NCBI GenBank assembly: GCA_030167865.1
Contig: JALAGF010000333.1
Coordinates: forward strand, 1-64,000
From: Craspedostauros australis
Taxonomy: Eukaryota
Direction of reading: 5' to 3'
DNA: 64,000 nt
Positions within the stretch are counted from its first letter, which is position 1. The number at the start of each line of letters is the position of its first letter. Below, one piece after another: positions 1-11,400 of the stretch. Both the position numbers and the translations under genes were made by a program. The notes beneath the pieces are model-generated. The model ran no database searches. It saw nothing but the letters and a program-made list of their open reading frames with translations, and was not told where the DNA came from.

Positions 1-958
1 GGTCCTTTCACAAACATGGGAACAGTACTGCAAAATCTCAATACAAACCTGGTGTGCAGCCAACGAGGCACGTTGCAGCGCAACAGCAGGAAGCAGGCAA
101 ACGTACACACGCACGTACACTCCGATTCAACACAAGTCAACTCAATCCAATAGAGCACGCTTACCATACTGCACTTCCTATGAGTACCCGCGCTCTTCAC
201 ATGGTGATACTCCCACCAATGTTTTACCTACTCGTACTCGATCGGATGTTGCTCATGACATCTTTCACGTTTCACGGTGAGCAGTGACCGTGTTGATCAG
301 ATCCTTCCGACTGAGGTTTTCCTGTTGTCCCAGAAAAACCCGAAATTCCTTTGATCGGTTACAAGTGAATGGTTCCTGTGATACTGCCGCAACGTTCAGT
401 CTCACTCTGCGAGTAGAGCACATGCTCGTACCTGTGTTATGGCGATACGGCAGACCAAGGCACCTACGAGTGAAGAGAGATACAGACACAAAACGATACA
501 GCCGTTGCTCAAGTCTCACAACTTGGGACTTGTATTACTCGACTGCCGCTTCCCGTGTGTTACCATGCATCGCATCACCATCCATCGCATCTTGTGGACT
601 TGCATCGCATTGCTCCACACCCTACCATACTCGTCCTGCTACACATGTTGCTATCATGCTCGTACTCGAACCAGATTTGCAGCACTCCTTCACTCTCCAC
701 CACGCGCACATCGCTCATCCAACGACAACAACAAAGCCCATTAGAGACAAAGCCCACAAAATACAATCCGCTCGTAAGTCGACAATCATGCATCTCTCAG
801 CTGTTGCCCTGACTTGACCATGAAGATCATCCAACGCCGTTGATGCAGAGCCATGGCTGCTCTCACGACCCTTGTCTTCGCCACACTCGCATCAAAACTC
901 ACGACTCCGCAACAACAATGGTCAGAAACGACCATCCCTTGTCCTCTTGTCACCCATT

Positions 959-3553
959 ATGCATCCATACAGCCTCTCCATGAACACCAAGATGAGCGCA
1001 CACCGTGAATCGGAACCACATGCAGAACACATGGCGAAGAGTGACCCATATCGATTCCTGAAGGCGAACGATGAAGCTTTGAGCGAGTTGAAGAAGCAGC
1101 TGGTTGATCCAGCATCGCTGCTCTCATTCGGTGACTTCGACAAGCAGCTCAATGCCATCCTCACCACGAACCGAACTGTCAAAACCACCTACGACTCTGA
1201 GTTTAGGGATGGTCAGGATGGCACCAAACCAGCCAACAAGTTCCTTTACGATGCCATCCGATGCCAAGTGCTCTTCAACGACCGCGGGATTTGGAATCAC
1301 AAGCTGGATGAGGCCGCGATGAGAGAGAAGTTGAAGCCTCACCCTCAAGAACTCCACAAGGGTGTGCAAGGTGCGAGAGACATGATCATTGCAAGTGTGA
1401 GAGGCTTTGACCGCACTCCGTCTCAGATCTCCTCTGATTGCGAACGTTTCGTCACCATGTTCCCATCCAACCTCCTTTTCAAGTGGCTCAAATGGGAGGA
1501 ACATGCGAGCAAGATCATCGGTCACATCCATGAGCCAGACCACAGCAGCAAGGCTGATACAGCCAGCCCCGTTGGGGTAGTCAAGCTCCGGCCAAAGAAA
1601 ATTGCAAAACGGCCGGTGTCCTTTCCACCCCGGTATCTTGAGATTTGCGTTGGAACCCGGTATGGGACAACTACCGAGAGAACGAGCTACATTGGAAAAG
1701 GCGATTCGAGACTCAAGAAGTCTATCTATGGGCTGGACCGTCTACGCTTGGATCGGCCAGACCGGTCAGAATACAACCGCGATATGTTTCAAGATCCCAA
1801 AATGTTTGTATACCTTTCTGCAAGCGGCACAGGGAAGAGCATCGATCTCGCAGCGAGCTCCTACCTTCGCAAATGCTGTTTGACTATGATGCTGAGCATC
1901 GAAGAAGACATTCCTGCATGCAAGGACCTGCATATGTATTCCGAACAAGTTCTCGAGTTCCTGAAAAAGCCCATCCACGAAGTTGCAAAGAGGCATTCCA
2001 AAGTCATCAAGAAGATCAACACATACTTGACCGTCATGGATGAAAGCTCTAGGATCAAGAAAACCGAGAGCTGCGGGCCAGACACCGCAGGCGAACAAGT
2101 CACTTACATGATCGCGATTGACAATGCATACCACCTGGCAAACCTTGTTAATATGATCGCGAAATCCGCCCAAGACAGCTCTTTTGAACGTCAACTCGCA
2201 GAATACATCTCGGAGGGCTGTGGTGGCGCCGTAGCACAGCAGGAACTTGAAAGGGTGAGATTTGCGCACTACAAAGTGCAATTCGCCGTCGTGACGAATG
2301 GCGTAGTCGATTCGCCACAAGTTGGTTGGTCTGATCGAATTGTATACACCAAACCATGTGCCATTCGAGAACCTGAAAAGACTTACAACGACATGTGCGA
2401 ACGGTACAAACGTGATAGAGGTCGGTACCCTTCTTGGGAAGGCCTGAGTGAGCACCCCATCCTGAAGGTCATCGTGATGAACAATCCATCGATGGCATCG
2501 ATCATGCTGTCCGCGCTCTGTTTCAGAACAGCACAGTGCTACCAAACGCCTGCAGGACAGGATGCACTGATTTCCACCGTGTTCCACAACTTCATGCGGA
2601 CCAATGAGATGCAAGCACTGTTGGACCAACCTGGGGATCGGGTAAGAGTGGCAGCACGAGTACTCGCCACACAGCTATACCAGTCGATGTACAAAAAGTC
2701 GCATCCGTACAAAGATGTCACCGCAATTGCGCATGGTATGGAGTACGGTATCGACTTGGAGATCTTCGATGATGAAGACAAGTATCCAATGCGAGAGCTT
2801 GCCCATCGCTACAAGATGACAACACCAACACCGTTCAAAGCGGGTGATTCGGACTGGTATCACATCAGCTGTTGTCTTCCATTCGAGGTTGATCCTGCAA
2901 TGCAGCTCCTATGTATTTGGATGCTGGTGGGATGCAGGGATGAAAGTTCGTTGGAAGGATCTTTGACAGACACGTCTCTTGCGTCCAGGTCGATGGCGAG
3001 CACCCTTGTCAGCTGTGCCATCATGTCTTCCATGGCGGTGAAGGAAACGAGCCGACCTGAAATGAAGATTATTCTGTGGCGCACTCTCGGAATGCGTGCC
3101 AACAGAGCTAACAACAGGCGCCGGGATAGCAGACATGGTAAAAATGCCGAGAGGAGCAAGGAGCAGGTGATCCTTGGCCCCCTTGACGGCGTCATTCCCA
3201 TTTCTACGCCATCCGACTTTGATCATCTCTCGATGTACTTTGAGAAGGATGGAATGACCAGAACTGGTCTGGGTGGCTCGGATGCGAAGGAAGCCGTGAT
3301 CATCGACGTATCGTCCTTGAAGACAGGAAGACAAGGATTCGGGCTCGACGGCACCCTGTTCGAGAGCATCATGTCGATGGGACACAGCAAGTCCAGCACA
3401 AATGACGAGATGGTGGATTCATCGAATGCAACCAGCAGTACTGTTGATGCCTCGAACGAGCTTGACGAAGGCAACGAGGTCACGTTCTTCGGTGCCAAAC
3501 GTGGTAATGCTGGCAGCCTGGGAGACGCCGAGCTGTACATCATCCGTTTCTGA
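959..3553 (+). CDS. Uncharacterised large protein with P-loop NTPase-like motifs (possibly Crinkler/RHS-type NTPase)
   Basis: Intronless ORF; first in-frame ATG at 959 (alternatives 980, 992). Walker A-like FVYLSASGTGKS (~1805-1840) and Walker B-like YMIAIDN (~2105-2125). Family assignment is inference. Confidence 0.5.
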   Translation: MHPYSLSMNTKMSAHRESEPHAEHMAKSDPYRFLKANDEALSELKKQLVDPASLLSFGDFDKQLNAILTTNRTVKTTYDSEFRDGQDGTKPANKFLYDAIRCQVLFNDRGIWNHKLDEAAMREKLKPHPQELHKGVQGARDMIIASVRGFDRTPSQISSDCERFVTMFPSNLLFKWLKWEEHASKIIGHIHEPDHSSKADTASPVGVVKLRPKKIAKRPVSFPPRYLEICVGTRYGTTTERTSYIGKGDSRLKKSIYGLDRLRLDRPDRSEYNRDMFQDPKMFVYLSASGTGKSIDLAASSYLRKCCLTMMLSIEEDIPACKDLHMYSEQVLEFLKKPIHEVAKRHSKVIKKINTYLTVMDESSRIKKTESCGPDTAGEQVTYMIAIDNAYHLANLVNMIAKSAQDSSFERQLAEYISEGCGGAVAQQELERVRFAHYKVQFAVVTNGVVDSPQVGWSDRIVYTKPCAIREPEKTYNDMCERYKRDRGRYPSWEGLSEHPILKVIVMNNPSMASIMLSALCFRTAQCYQTPAGQDALISTVFHNFMRTNEMQALLDQPGDRVRVAARVLATQLYQSMYKKSHPYKDVTAIAHGMEYGIDLEIFDDEDKYPMRELAHRYKMTTPTPFKAGDSDWYHISCCLPFEVDPAMQLLCIWMLVGCRDESSLEGSLTDTSLASRSMASTLVSCAIMSSMAVKETSRPEMKIILWRTLGMRANRANNRRRDSRHGKNAERSKEQVILGPLDGVIPISTPSDFDHLSMYFEKDGMTRTGLGGSDAKEAVIIDVSSLKTGRQGFGLDGTLFESIMSMGHSKSSTNDEMVDSSNATSSTVDASNELDEGNEVTFFGAKRGNAGSLGDAELYIIRF

Positions 3554-3837
3554 TCAACTAGTATAGCAACTGCATTGAACTGCGCAGCAGTGTGTTGGCT
3601 GTAGTGACATAATTATACTGGAGGCTGCGCTCTACACTATATTACATGAACTGCTTGATCCTATTATGTGCGCCCTGATCAACTCATAGGATATACACTC
3701 TATCCATCAGTGCTCAATTAGTAATAGAACAAATTATATGTATGGTACAAAAAGTAACCCCAAAGCAAGATGTCGGAAGAGTTAACTGTGTTCTCTATCT
3801 CCTCCACTTTCCATACCTACGATAGTTATCTACCCCA

Positions 3838-6800
3838 TCAATCGACCACCACCACCTTGCCGCTGATCTTGTTCTTCGTATTGCGCAGCCGATGCGAATG
3901 ATATTTCTCCTGCAGCTTGTCCAGCCGCCCTTGTAGCGTGCGGTTCAGGCTGACGGTGCGTCCGAGATCCTCCTTGAGCTGCCGCACTTCGGTGTTGTGC
4001 TTGCCTTGCGATGTGAATAGGCGCAATCCACGTCGTGTCGACGATTTGCGATGTAGCACAGCCTTGGAAAACTGGAAGGAGGCACCGCGGTTGCCAGGTA
4101 GACTGCGGCGCACTTCGATGCCCAAGTTCTCGGCTTCATTCAGGAGGGTGTCTTGATCGTCGGAGCCGTCCGGGTCGAGCTGTTTTCCGTTCTTGCCCGT
4201 GGATGATGACAGGGCCGTGCCGGCCGCGGATGATGACAGTGCCGATACGTGCTTCATTTTGGGTATGAAGATGAAACCCAGCGTAGTCATGATGGTGATG
4301 AAGATGATCGAAGCGATGACGATGAACCGCGCGTTGACTTCTTTGCGCACCACGCCGTACAATGGGACTCCCACCACCCAAACCTGGATCATGATGAGCA
4401 GGGTGCCTGCGATCCACAGGCTTTCTGAATACTCCGTGGTGATGCGTCTGCATTCGTAGGCCTGGATCAGCGCGACGAATGCAAACACCAGATTCAGACC
4501 CAGCAGGATGCAGAGGTACAGGATGGCGTGCTGCGAGGTGCAGCGTCCGATCACATCTGGTTCCACCGTGAGGAAGATGTTGTCCTCATGTCGCGCAAAG
4601 GCTTCCGAGCTGCCTCCGTTCGCTTCCACGTAGAAATAGTAGTAGAAGTCGCCGCTGAAGTCGTCGCCGTCTTCTGTTTCCCACACGAATTCCAGCGGCT
4701 CCATGATCATCCAAATGAGCAAGGTGGCGAGGTTCATGGAGAGGATGAAGATGAAGGGGATCAGGACATCCTGCAGCTCCACCTTGATGCGCTGGAAGTA
4801 GTGGCTGCTGCGGAAGATCTGGTTGATTCTCCACGTTTTGGAGAAGAGCGCGGAGAAGGCGATCGAGAAACCGAGGGTGTAGAGCCAGATGGAGGCGTTG
4901 CATGCCACGGCTCCGGAAAGCTGGTGGAAGTCGCGATCGAAACCAAAGAAGAAGATGGAGATGCCCATGATGCAGGTGCCGCCGCAGATCATGTAGAGGA
5001 AGTAGGGTTGGGATGCCAGCACGACGCGTTCGCGGCGGTTGCGAACGACCCAGGCCGCCATGTACAGCGACACGACGATGGAGATGATGGCCAAGGCCCA
5101 ACCTCCCGTCAGGATGACAGGGTCGATGCCCTTCTCGTCGCGTGGGGTCGGTTCGAATTGATTCAACGATTTCTGGTACCAGATGGACATTGGGAGATGA
5201 GGCTTGGTCAGCGGGGTTGGAAGTGGCCGAGCGTCGTGTTGGTCGATGATCGCCTCCCATGATCGTTCGATGCGGGTGGCGATCTGTTGTCTGGATGATC
5301 CCGTGGTTGAATTCTTCTGCAGCGACGTCTGCGTCAGGTATTCTCTTGCGCTGCTGTCCAGCGTGTCCCAAAATTGCATCGCCATGGGGATGCGTGGCGG
5401 ACTGGCGATGTTGGCGTCGGAGGATTGCTGGACCACATCTTCGATGACCGTCGCGTAGTGCGGATAGACGGTGGAAAGGCCATCCAGCTGCGATTGATAG
5501 AGCGGTTGGTGCTGCGTGGATGGAGTTGCGGATTGCGACGCAATCGAGGTTTCGTTGGATCCGGCATCCGTCACGGTAGTCGAGTCCGATGGATCCTGGG
5601 TGCCGATTTGCAATTCGTTGCTTCGCGTGGAGAGGAATTCAAGGAATCGGAAAGCGTGGTGCTGCTGTGCTTTGGCCGTGGTGGAGGAGATGACGCCAAG
5701 CGGCGCGGAGGAGGATGACACGCCGACCTGGTTGATCCAGCCCAGCTCCGCGTCCTGTTTGTTGCATGTGGATTGCGTGCAGGCTGTGAGCCTGTTCTGT
5801 CGCACAATGGTGGATGAACCCGGTATCGAGGCGATGCCGAATCGCTCCGTATCCTCGAGGATGTCCATGGGATATTGGTCTGTGATGGTCATGCCGCACG
5901 TGCCGTCGAGCAGCGCCATCACATTGAGATCGGCTGCAGTGGATGTGAGTTCATCCGGATGGCCGTACATGTGCTGCCCTTCCATCCATTCCAGCACCTT
6001 CGGCAGAGCTTCTTGCAGCTGTATGGGCGACAGCGACTTGTCGGAAATGAGGAGCGCCTTGACCGCGTCGTCCAATGTGCTGTTGTCGAGTGCAGAGCTG
6101 CCGTCCGGATTGTCGTCGAGCTGCAACCAGTAGGCTGCGTCTGCTTGAGATTGCTGATCCGCGCCTGCAGTCGCATCCGAAACGGTCTGCGTCAACGACG
6201 CGAGCATCATGATGGAGAGGTAGGAGTCATCGGAGAGCCGTCCCAAACAGCTTCCGAACGCCGGCGGTGAATGCAAGGCTTCCGCAACGGTGTTGTATTC
6301 CTCCCACGTTCTGGGCGGCTGGTCGATGCCTTTCTGCTGGAACCAATCCTTGCGATAGATGAGGACGAATTGGGAACCGCCGAGCAGGGGGACTGCGTAA
6401 TTGTGCTGGTCGTACTTGGAGGCATGGTTCTGGTAGTAGGGCAAGAGGTTGTCGAGGAAGAATGGTTCCTCCGCCTTGTCGTCGTCGTCGTTGCTGTTGC
6501 TGCTACTATCGCTGCTATCAATATGATGCTGGATGGAGTGGTGGAGGTTGCGAAGGTTCTGGATGGGAGCATTCTGCGCCAGCGTTCCCATCGAATTGGT
6601 TGGCACGATGAAGGCGTCGTAGATCGATGATTGGTCGTAGCTCTGGCGTTGCTGATGCCTGCTGAGCTCCAGCTCGAGCGTTTGGATGTTGGGGAAGGAG
6701 ATGAATTCGATGGTCGGTGGCTTCGTGGACGTCGATGTCGATGAAGCTGCTGCTGCTGTTTGGTTGTTGTAGAGCCCCACGTAGGGTTGCAGAGTGGCTT

Positions 6801-6957
6801 CCATGGCACGCCAGGTCATGATGCGGATGGTGGTTGGAGCTTGGGGCACCTTGTCCTGCTGGAATACTGTATCCACGCCATTCGATCCATCGTTGCCGCC
6901 GCCAGTGCTGCTGTTGCCACCAGTGTTGTTCTCGTTGGTCGGAGCGCAGTCCGACAT
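3838..6957 (-). CDS. Class C (GABA-B-like) 7TM receptor with N-terminal ABC-type solute-binding domain; receptor A
   Basis: First ATG at 6957 (MSDCAP). SBP family 1-like segment YAVPL..LIYRKDWF..PPRTWEEY. Seven hydrophobic helices with class C-type motifs (ASQPYFL, FSKTWRI, YSESLWI, FIFIPKM), then a coiled coil. Confidence 0.85.
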   Translation of the reverse strand: MSDCAPTNENNTGGNSSTGGGNDGSNGVDTVFQQDKVPQAPTTIRIMTWRAMEATLQPYVGLYNNQTAAAASSTSTSTKPPTIEFISFPNIQTLELELSRHQQRQSYDQSSIYDAFIVPTNSMGTLAQNAPIQNLRNLHHSIQHHIDSSDSSSNSNDDDDKAEEPFFLDNLLPYYQNHASKYDQHNYAVPLLGGSQFVLIYRKDWFQQKGIDQPPRTWEEYNTVAEALHSPPAFGSCLGRLSDDSYLSIMMLASLTQTVSDATAGADQQSQADAAYWLQLDDNPDGSSALDNSTLDDAVKALLISDKSLSPIQLQEALPKVLEWMEGQHMYGHPDELTSTAADLNVMALLDGTCGMTITDQYPMDILEDTERFGIASIPGSSTIVRQNRLTACTQSTCNKQDAELGWINQVGVSSSSAPLGVISSTTAKAQQHHAFRFLEFLSTRSNELQIGTQDPSDSTTVTDAGSNETSIASQSATPSTQHQPLYQSQLDGLSTVYPHYATVIEDVVQQSSDANIASPPRIPMAMQFWDTLDSSAREYLTQTSLQKNSTTGSSRQQIATRIERSWEAIIDQHDARPLPTPLTKPHLPMSIWYQKSLNQFEPTPRDEKGIDPVILTGGWALAIISIVVSLYMAAWVVRNRRERVVLASQPYFLYMICGGTCIMGISIFFFGFDRDFHQLSGAVACNASIWLYTLGFSIAFSALFSKTWRINQIFRSSHYFQRIKVELQDVLIPFIFILSMNLATLLIWMIMEPLEFVWETEDGDDFSGDFYYYFYVEANGGSSEAFARHEDNIFLTVEPDVIGRCTSQHAILYLCILLGLNLVFAFVALIQAYECRRITTEYSESLWIAGTLLIMIQVWVVGVPLYGVVRKEVNARFIVIASIIFITIMTTLGFIFIPKMKHVSALSSSAAGTALSSSTGKNGKQLDPDGSDDQDTLLNEAENLGIEVRRSLPGNRGASFQFSKAVLHRKSSTRRGLRLFTSQGKHNTEVRQLKEDLGRTVSLNRTLQGRLDKLQEKYHSHRLRNTKNKISGKVVVVD

Positions 6958-7229
6958 GTTGATTGTTGTTGTGCGTATCGTATCGAGGCTGTGTCTGTTG
7001 TTGTACACGAGTGTGTGTAGCAGTATGTGCCGTCTGCTCGATCTTGTCTTCTGTGTTGTCTCGCAGTTGCCTTGTTGCCTTCTTGTTTTCCTTGCTTTGC
7101 TGACTTCGCGTCGCTATGTCGACCGAAGCAAAGCTCAATGGCAAAATGCGCGTACTTGATGAACCTGAAAGGAAGGATGCGCTGTGTTCCGTACTCGAGT
7201 CGACAGAGATGGTGTCCTGCCAGGCTCCA

Positions 7230-7247
7230 AGAGAGAGAGAGAGAGAG
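7230..7247. repeat. (AG)n microsatellite
   Basis: About 9 AG units read directly. Confidence 0.9.
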
Positions 7248-8350
7248 GTTGGTGAAGGTGTGCTGAGAGAGCGATGGGGCTTGTGCCTTCTCCCCTCTCC
7301 TTGTCCTTCTTCCGTTGCCGCCAACTCCCAAAACGAGACCACCCAACACAACACACAGCCACCGCGCCGTTCCGGCGAAAGAAAAGGCGATGCTCCCACC
7401 ACAAACAAACACAACAACAACGCCAACGACAACAACACACGTGCTTGGACTCATCCGAGTAACACATGCCACTGTTGAGACCAAGCACTGATTGACATTT
7501 TCAGCAGAATGACCGAGCTTACCGAAAGTCACAACCGCGAAAGAACACGACAAAATGGCGGCGTGAGCGATTTTCAGATTCGTTCCGGGTGTGACTGTGA
7601 CATGTGACATGATAAGCGCTGTTCGCCCCCCAACTCAGGTTTTGGGCAAGAAACTACACGACCCACAAAGCAGTTGACACGACACATCGCGAAACGGGCG
7701 CGACAAGCGAACGACAGCGTTCGGCACAAACGGGATAAACCAACGAGGGGGGTCTTTTCGGAAGCAGAAGAACGAACAAAAATTATTGCCGCGGAGAGAT
7801 AGTGCACGAAGCGCTGCACGTGTTGTTACGCGCACCGTGACACTGGAGGTTGACAAAGGAGCAAGTGGGAGCCACGCAGAGAAACACGTAGCAGCAACAG
7901 TGTCCTGGTGAACACCGAGGAGTAGCCACGCACCTGGACAAGACCAACATCCATCAGCTGGAGCTTCCGTCCCTACCTCTCCGTCGATGTCCACACCCTT
8001 CCATCCATCCATTCATCTGCCTCCGCATCCCTGAGTTCGGGCTCCCTCTGAGTCTCCTCTTCATACTCTACTTTGCTCCACTCTCATTGACTTCAAAAGG
8101 CAACCTCCCACCATCAACAGCGACAGCCAGCATCAGCAAGAAGACAGCGAAGAGGGACACCTCCCACCACCATCGCTTCAATCCGACGACGCCCGCACAA
8201 AAAGCACGCGCAAACGATCAGGCTCAAAAGGAACAGACCTGGAGAACGCCAAAAGACCAAACGACGAAGGCACATCCCAGCTTCAAAAAGAGACCTTGCC
8301 ATCGTAGCAACGCCCACCACCACTGTCCCAACAAAGACCATTGGTACAGC

Positions 8351-8395
8351 AACACAACGCAACACAACGCAACACAACACAACACAACACAACGC
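8351..8395. repeat. (AACAC/AACGC)n pentanucleotide repeat
   Basis: aacacaacgc aacacaacgc aacacaacac aacacaacac aacgc, upstream of the receptor B start. Confidence 0.85.
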
Positions 8396-8446
8396 ATCTG
8401 CTATTGCTACCACTTTTACAACGATCTTGCTACTCTTAGATTCATC

Positions 8447-11400
8447 ATGTCGATGCCACGCACCGCAGCAAGCGACAGCATGGAAGGAGGCCACCTGAAC
8501 GGTATCACAGTCACTGACGCCAACTCCGAAACCAAGAGTCATCCTGCCATCCGTGCAACAACATCGGCAGCAGAGCCAGCCGCAGCCGCGGGAGACCATG
8601 CCAACCACCATGCCAACCCAAGCAAGCAAGCATCAGCGACTGCAACATCGACAACAGCGGAAGAAACGGGCGAAGCAACAGGCGAAGGCCAAATGATGAC
8701 GCAAATTCTGCGAACGACAGCCCATTCTGCGCTTGATCAACATGGCGCCCAAAGAGATGCGACGGACACTCATGGCAGCGACGAGGCCAACAACTACCTC
8801 AGCGCAATGGCTCCATCCTCATCCAGCACACAGGCGACGGACGCATCTGCAAGAACAGCCGTCAAAAAGCGCATACAGAGGCCTGCGGCACCCAAAGCAC
8901 ACCCACACGCACAGGCACACGCACAGGCACACCCGCAACATCATGAAGGCGAGCACAATCACCAAGACGACGCCGCTCTGCACCACTCGCAACAACGACA
9001 GGACAGGGAACTGGATGAATGCGAAACCCCAGAAACGACCATCACCCTGGCGCTCGGAAGCTACTTCGACATCACCAACTACGTCCAGTTCCATATCGAT
9101 GCCTACCAAAAGCTGCATCCCGAAGTCAAAATCAACATCAAGGAGATCAACGGGACCAGCACGGACTTTGAGCAGTTCCTGCACCAGTCAACTCTGGAGG
9201 CTGACAGCAGCAGCGTTGATGACGCTTCCACGGACACAAGCACAAGCGCAACCGCAGATGCCAATACCAACACCAACAGCGACGCCATGATGGACGCCGA
9301 TAGCAGCAGCCTGTGGGATGGCGCCATCATCCCTTCTCAGTCCATCGGAACGCTGGTGGAGGCGAACGTGCTTCTCGATATCACCGAATTCACAACATCG
9401 GCTCAAACTATCCGCACGCCAAACCCTTCCCCCGGGTCAACATCGTCAACGTCGGAGCCAGGCTCAGACTCGACCGCAAAGTCATCCACCGCGATGTCCA
9501 TCGATCCGGAACAGCTGCGAAACATACGCGAAAAGCTAGACTGGCCCGATCTCCTGCCGTACCTCAAAAACAATGTCGCCCAGTACAACCGAAGATCCTA
9601 CCTCGTTCCCCTCGATGGAGATACGTTGCAGTTATTCTACAGACCGGATCTCTTCCAAAAGTACAACCAGACAGTCCCCAGAACGTGGGACGAGTACACG
9701 CAGGTCGCCAAGTTCTTTTCCGAACTGCAGGCGGAGCCCATGCTGCACGGATCCTGCATATCACGCAGCTCGCGCTGCAGCAACGCCTACTGGACCAGCA
9801 TGATCCTTGCCACCATGACGCAGGCGGAGGGCACGGAAACCGGATTCCTCATCGACCCGCACGAGCCTTCGATAAGGCCGCTCATGGGGCAGGCCATGAT
9901 GGAGACCCTGCGGCACATCGCCGAACAGACCACCTACGGCCATCCGGACGAAAGCACCACGGCCACCTGCCTCTCCACCAACTTCCTATTCAATCGCGGA
10001 GAATGCGCCATGACCATCAACTGGGGCGACCAGCTGCGAGGCTTGGAGAACGCACCTTACCCCGTGGGCGTCACGCGGACACCAGGCAGCCAGCAGGCGT
10101 TCCACCGACCATCCAACCGATTGAGGGACTGCACCACCAAATCATGCCCCTACGCCACCTACTATGCCGACGACAACATCATGGTCAACCATGTCCCGTA
10201 CGCTGCCTTCGGTGGTTGGTCCGCCGCCGCCTCTGCACAAACGAAGGAGGCGGCCACCATCATGGACTTCCTCGCCTTCCTCTCCAGCTCAGAGCAATCC
10301 ATGCAAGACGTTCTGCCCAACACCCGGTCCAACTTCCTCCAACCATTCCGCTACAGCCATCTGGGGATCAACAATGATCTCTCCATCGGCAGCATTACAG
10401 GCGCAGCCACAAGCACCAACCCGTGGGTGGCACAGGCATCGTACGACGAGCAGCTGATCGCCGAGTTCACGGAAACCATCCTGGACATCAGCTCGCCCAA
10501 CCTTGCCATGGAGTTGCGAACGCCGGAGGCCCTCGAGATTCGTTCGGTCATAGATGCCGAGGTCACCAGCTTCGTCGAATACATCCACGATACCATGAAA
10601 CTGAACGTCACCCTCGATGATGCCGTCTTCGAGCAACTGCGCACCAACACCACGCAGCGCATGGAACGGCGCGTACGGGATGTCGTCTTCACGCTGGACA
10701 TCCAAGAACCAGAGTCGCCGCAGGCATTGTTCAACAAGAACCTCTTCCTCGATTCGTACCAGAAATCACTTGGCATCTTCGTGGAACCTTCCCAGCACGA
10801 AACCAACATCATGAGCTCCTTCCGCTTCGCTGGTTGGGGGCTGGCCGGGCTCATCTGCGGAGCATCCCTGCTCTGCTGCCTCATCGCTGCCGTGTCGTCC
10901 AACCGCCGCGTCATCCGTGCATGGCAACCGTACACCCTGATCCAATGCGGCATGGGATTTTTCTTCATGGGCGGCACCATCGCGCTCCTCAGCCTCGATG
11001 AGTCTCTTGCCAGTGCCGAAGTTCTGGATTACACCTGCATGGCCATTCCCTGGGTCTACATCGTCGGGTTCACGCTCCTCATTTCAGCCGTCTACGCCAA
11101 GATCATCAAGTGTCGGGAACTGCGCAAGGCCCGGCAGACACCATCGACCATCGTGGTGGATTGCAACGCAACGCTCAAACTCACGTTCCGATTCCTGCTC
11201 GTCAATGTCATCCTCCTCACGATATGGACAGTCACTGATCCATTGCTGTGGGTGCGAGAAGAAGTTCCAGACGACTCGGACGAAACGCCATACCAGCTGG
11301 GCGACACGTACGGCGCTTGCCGTGGCGAATTCGCCACATCCTACATTTTGATGGTCATCCTCTTCACCTTCAACCTCTGCCTCTGCACGACTGGAATCGT

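Noticed and set aside
54-870. Short ORFs and recurring CTCGTA/TACTCG words upstream of the NTPase-like gene
   Set aside because: No protein motifs or regular spacing; similar words occur in other intergenic regions.
6518-7438. ORF starting MLLSLALLLCLFVVG as the missing signal peptide of receptor A
   Set aside because: Starts at GTG, is in a different frame, and its hydrophobicity comes from TTG/TGT-rich simple sequence.
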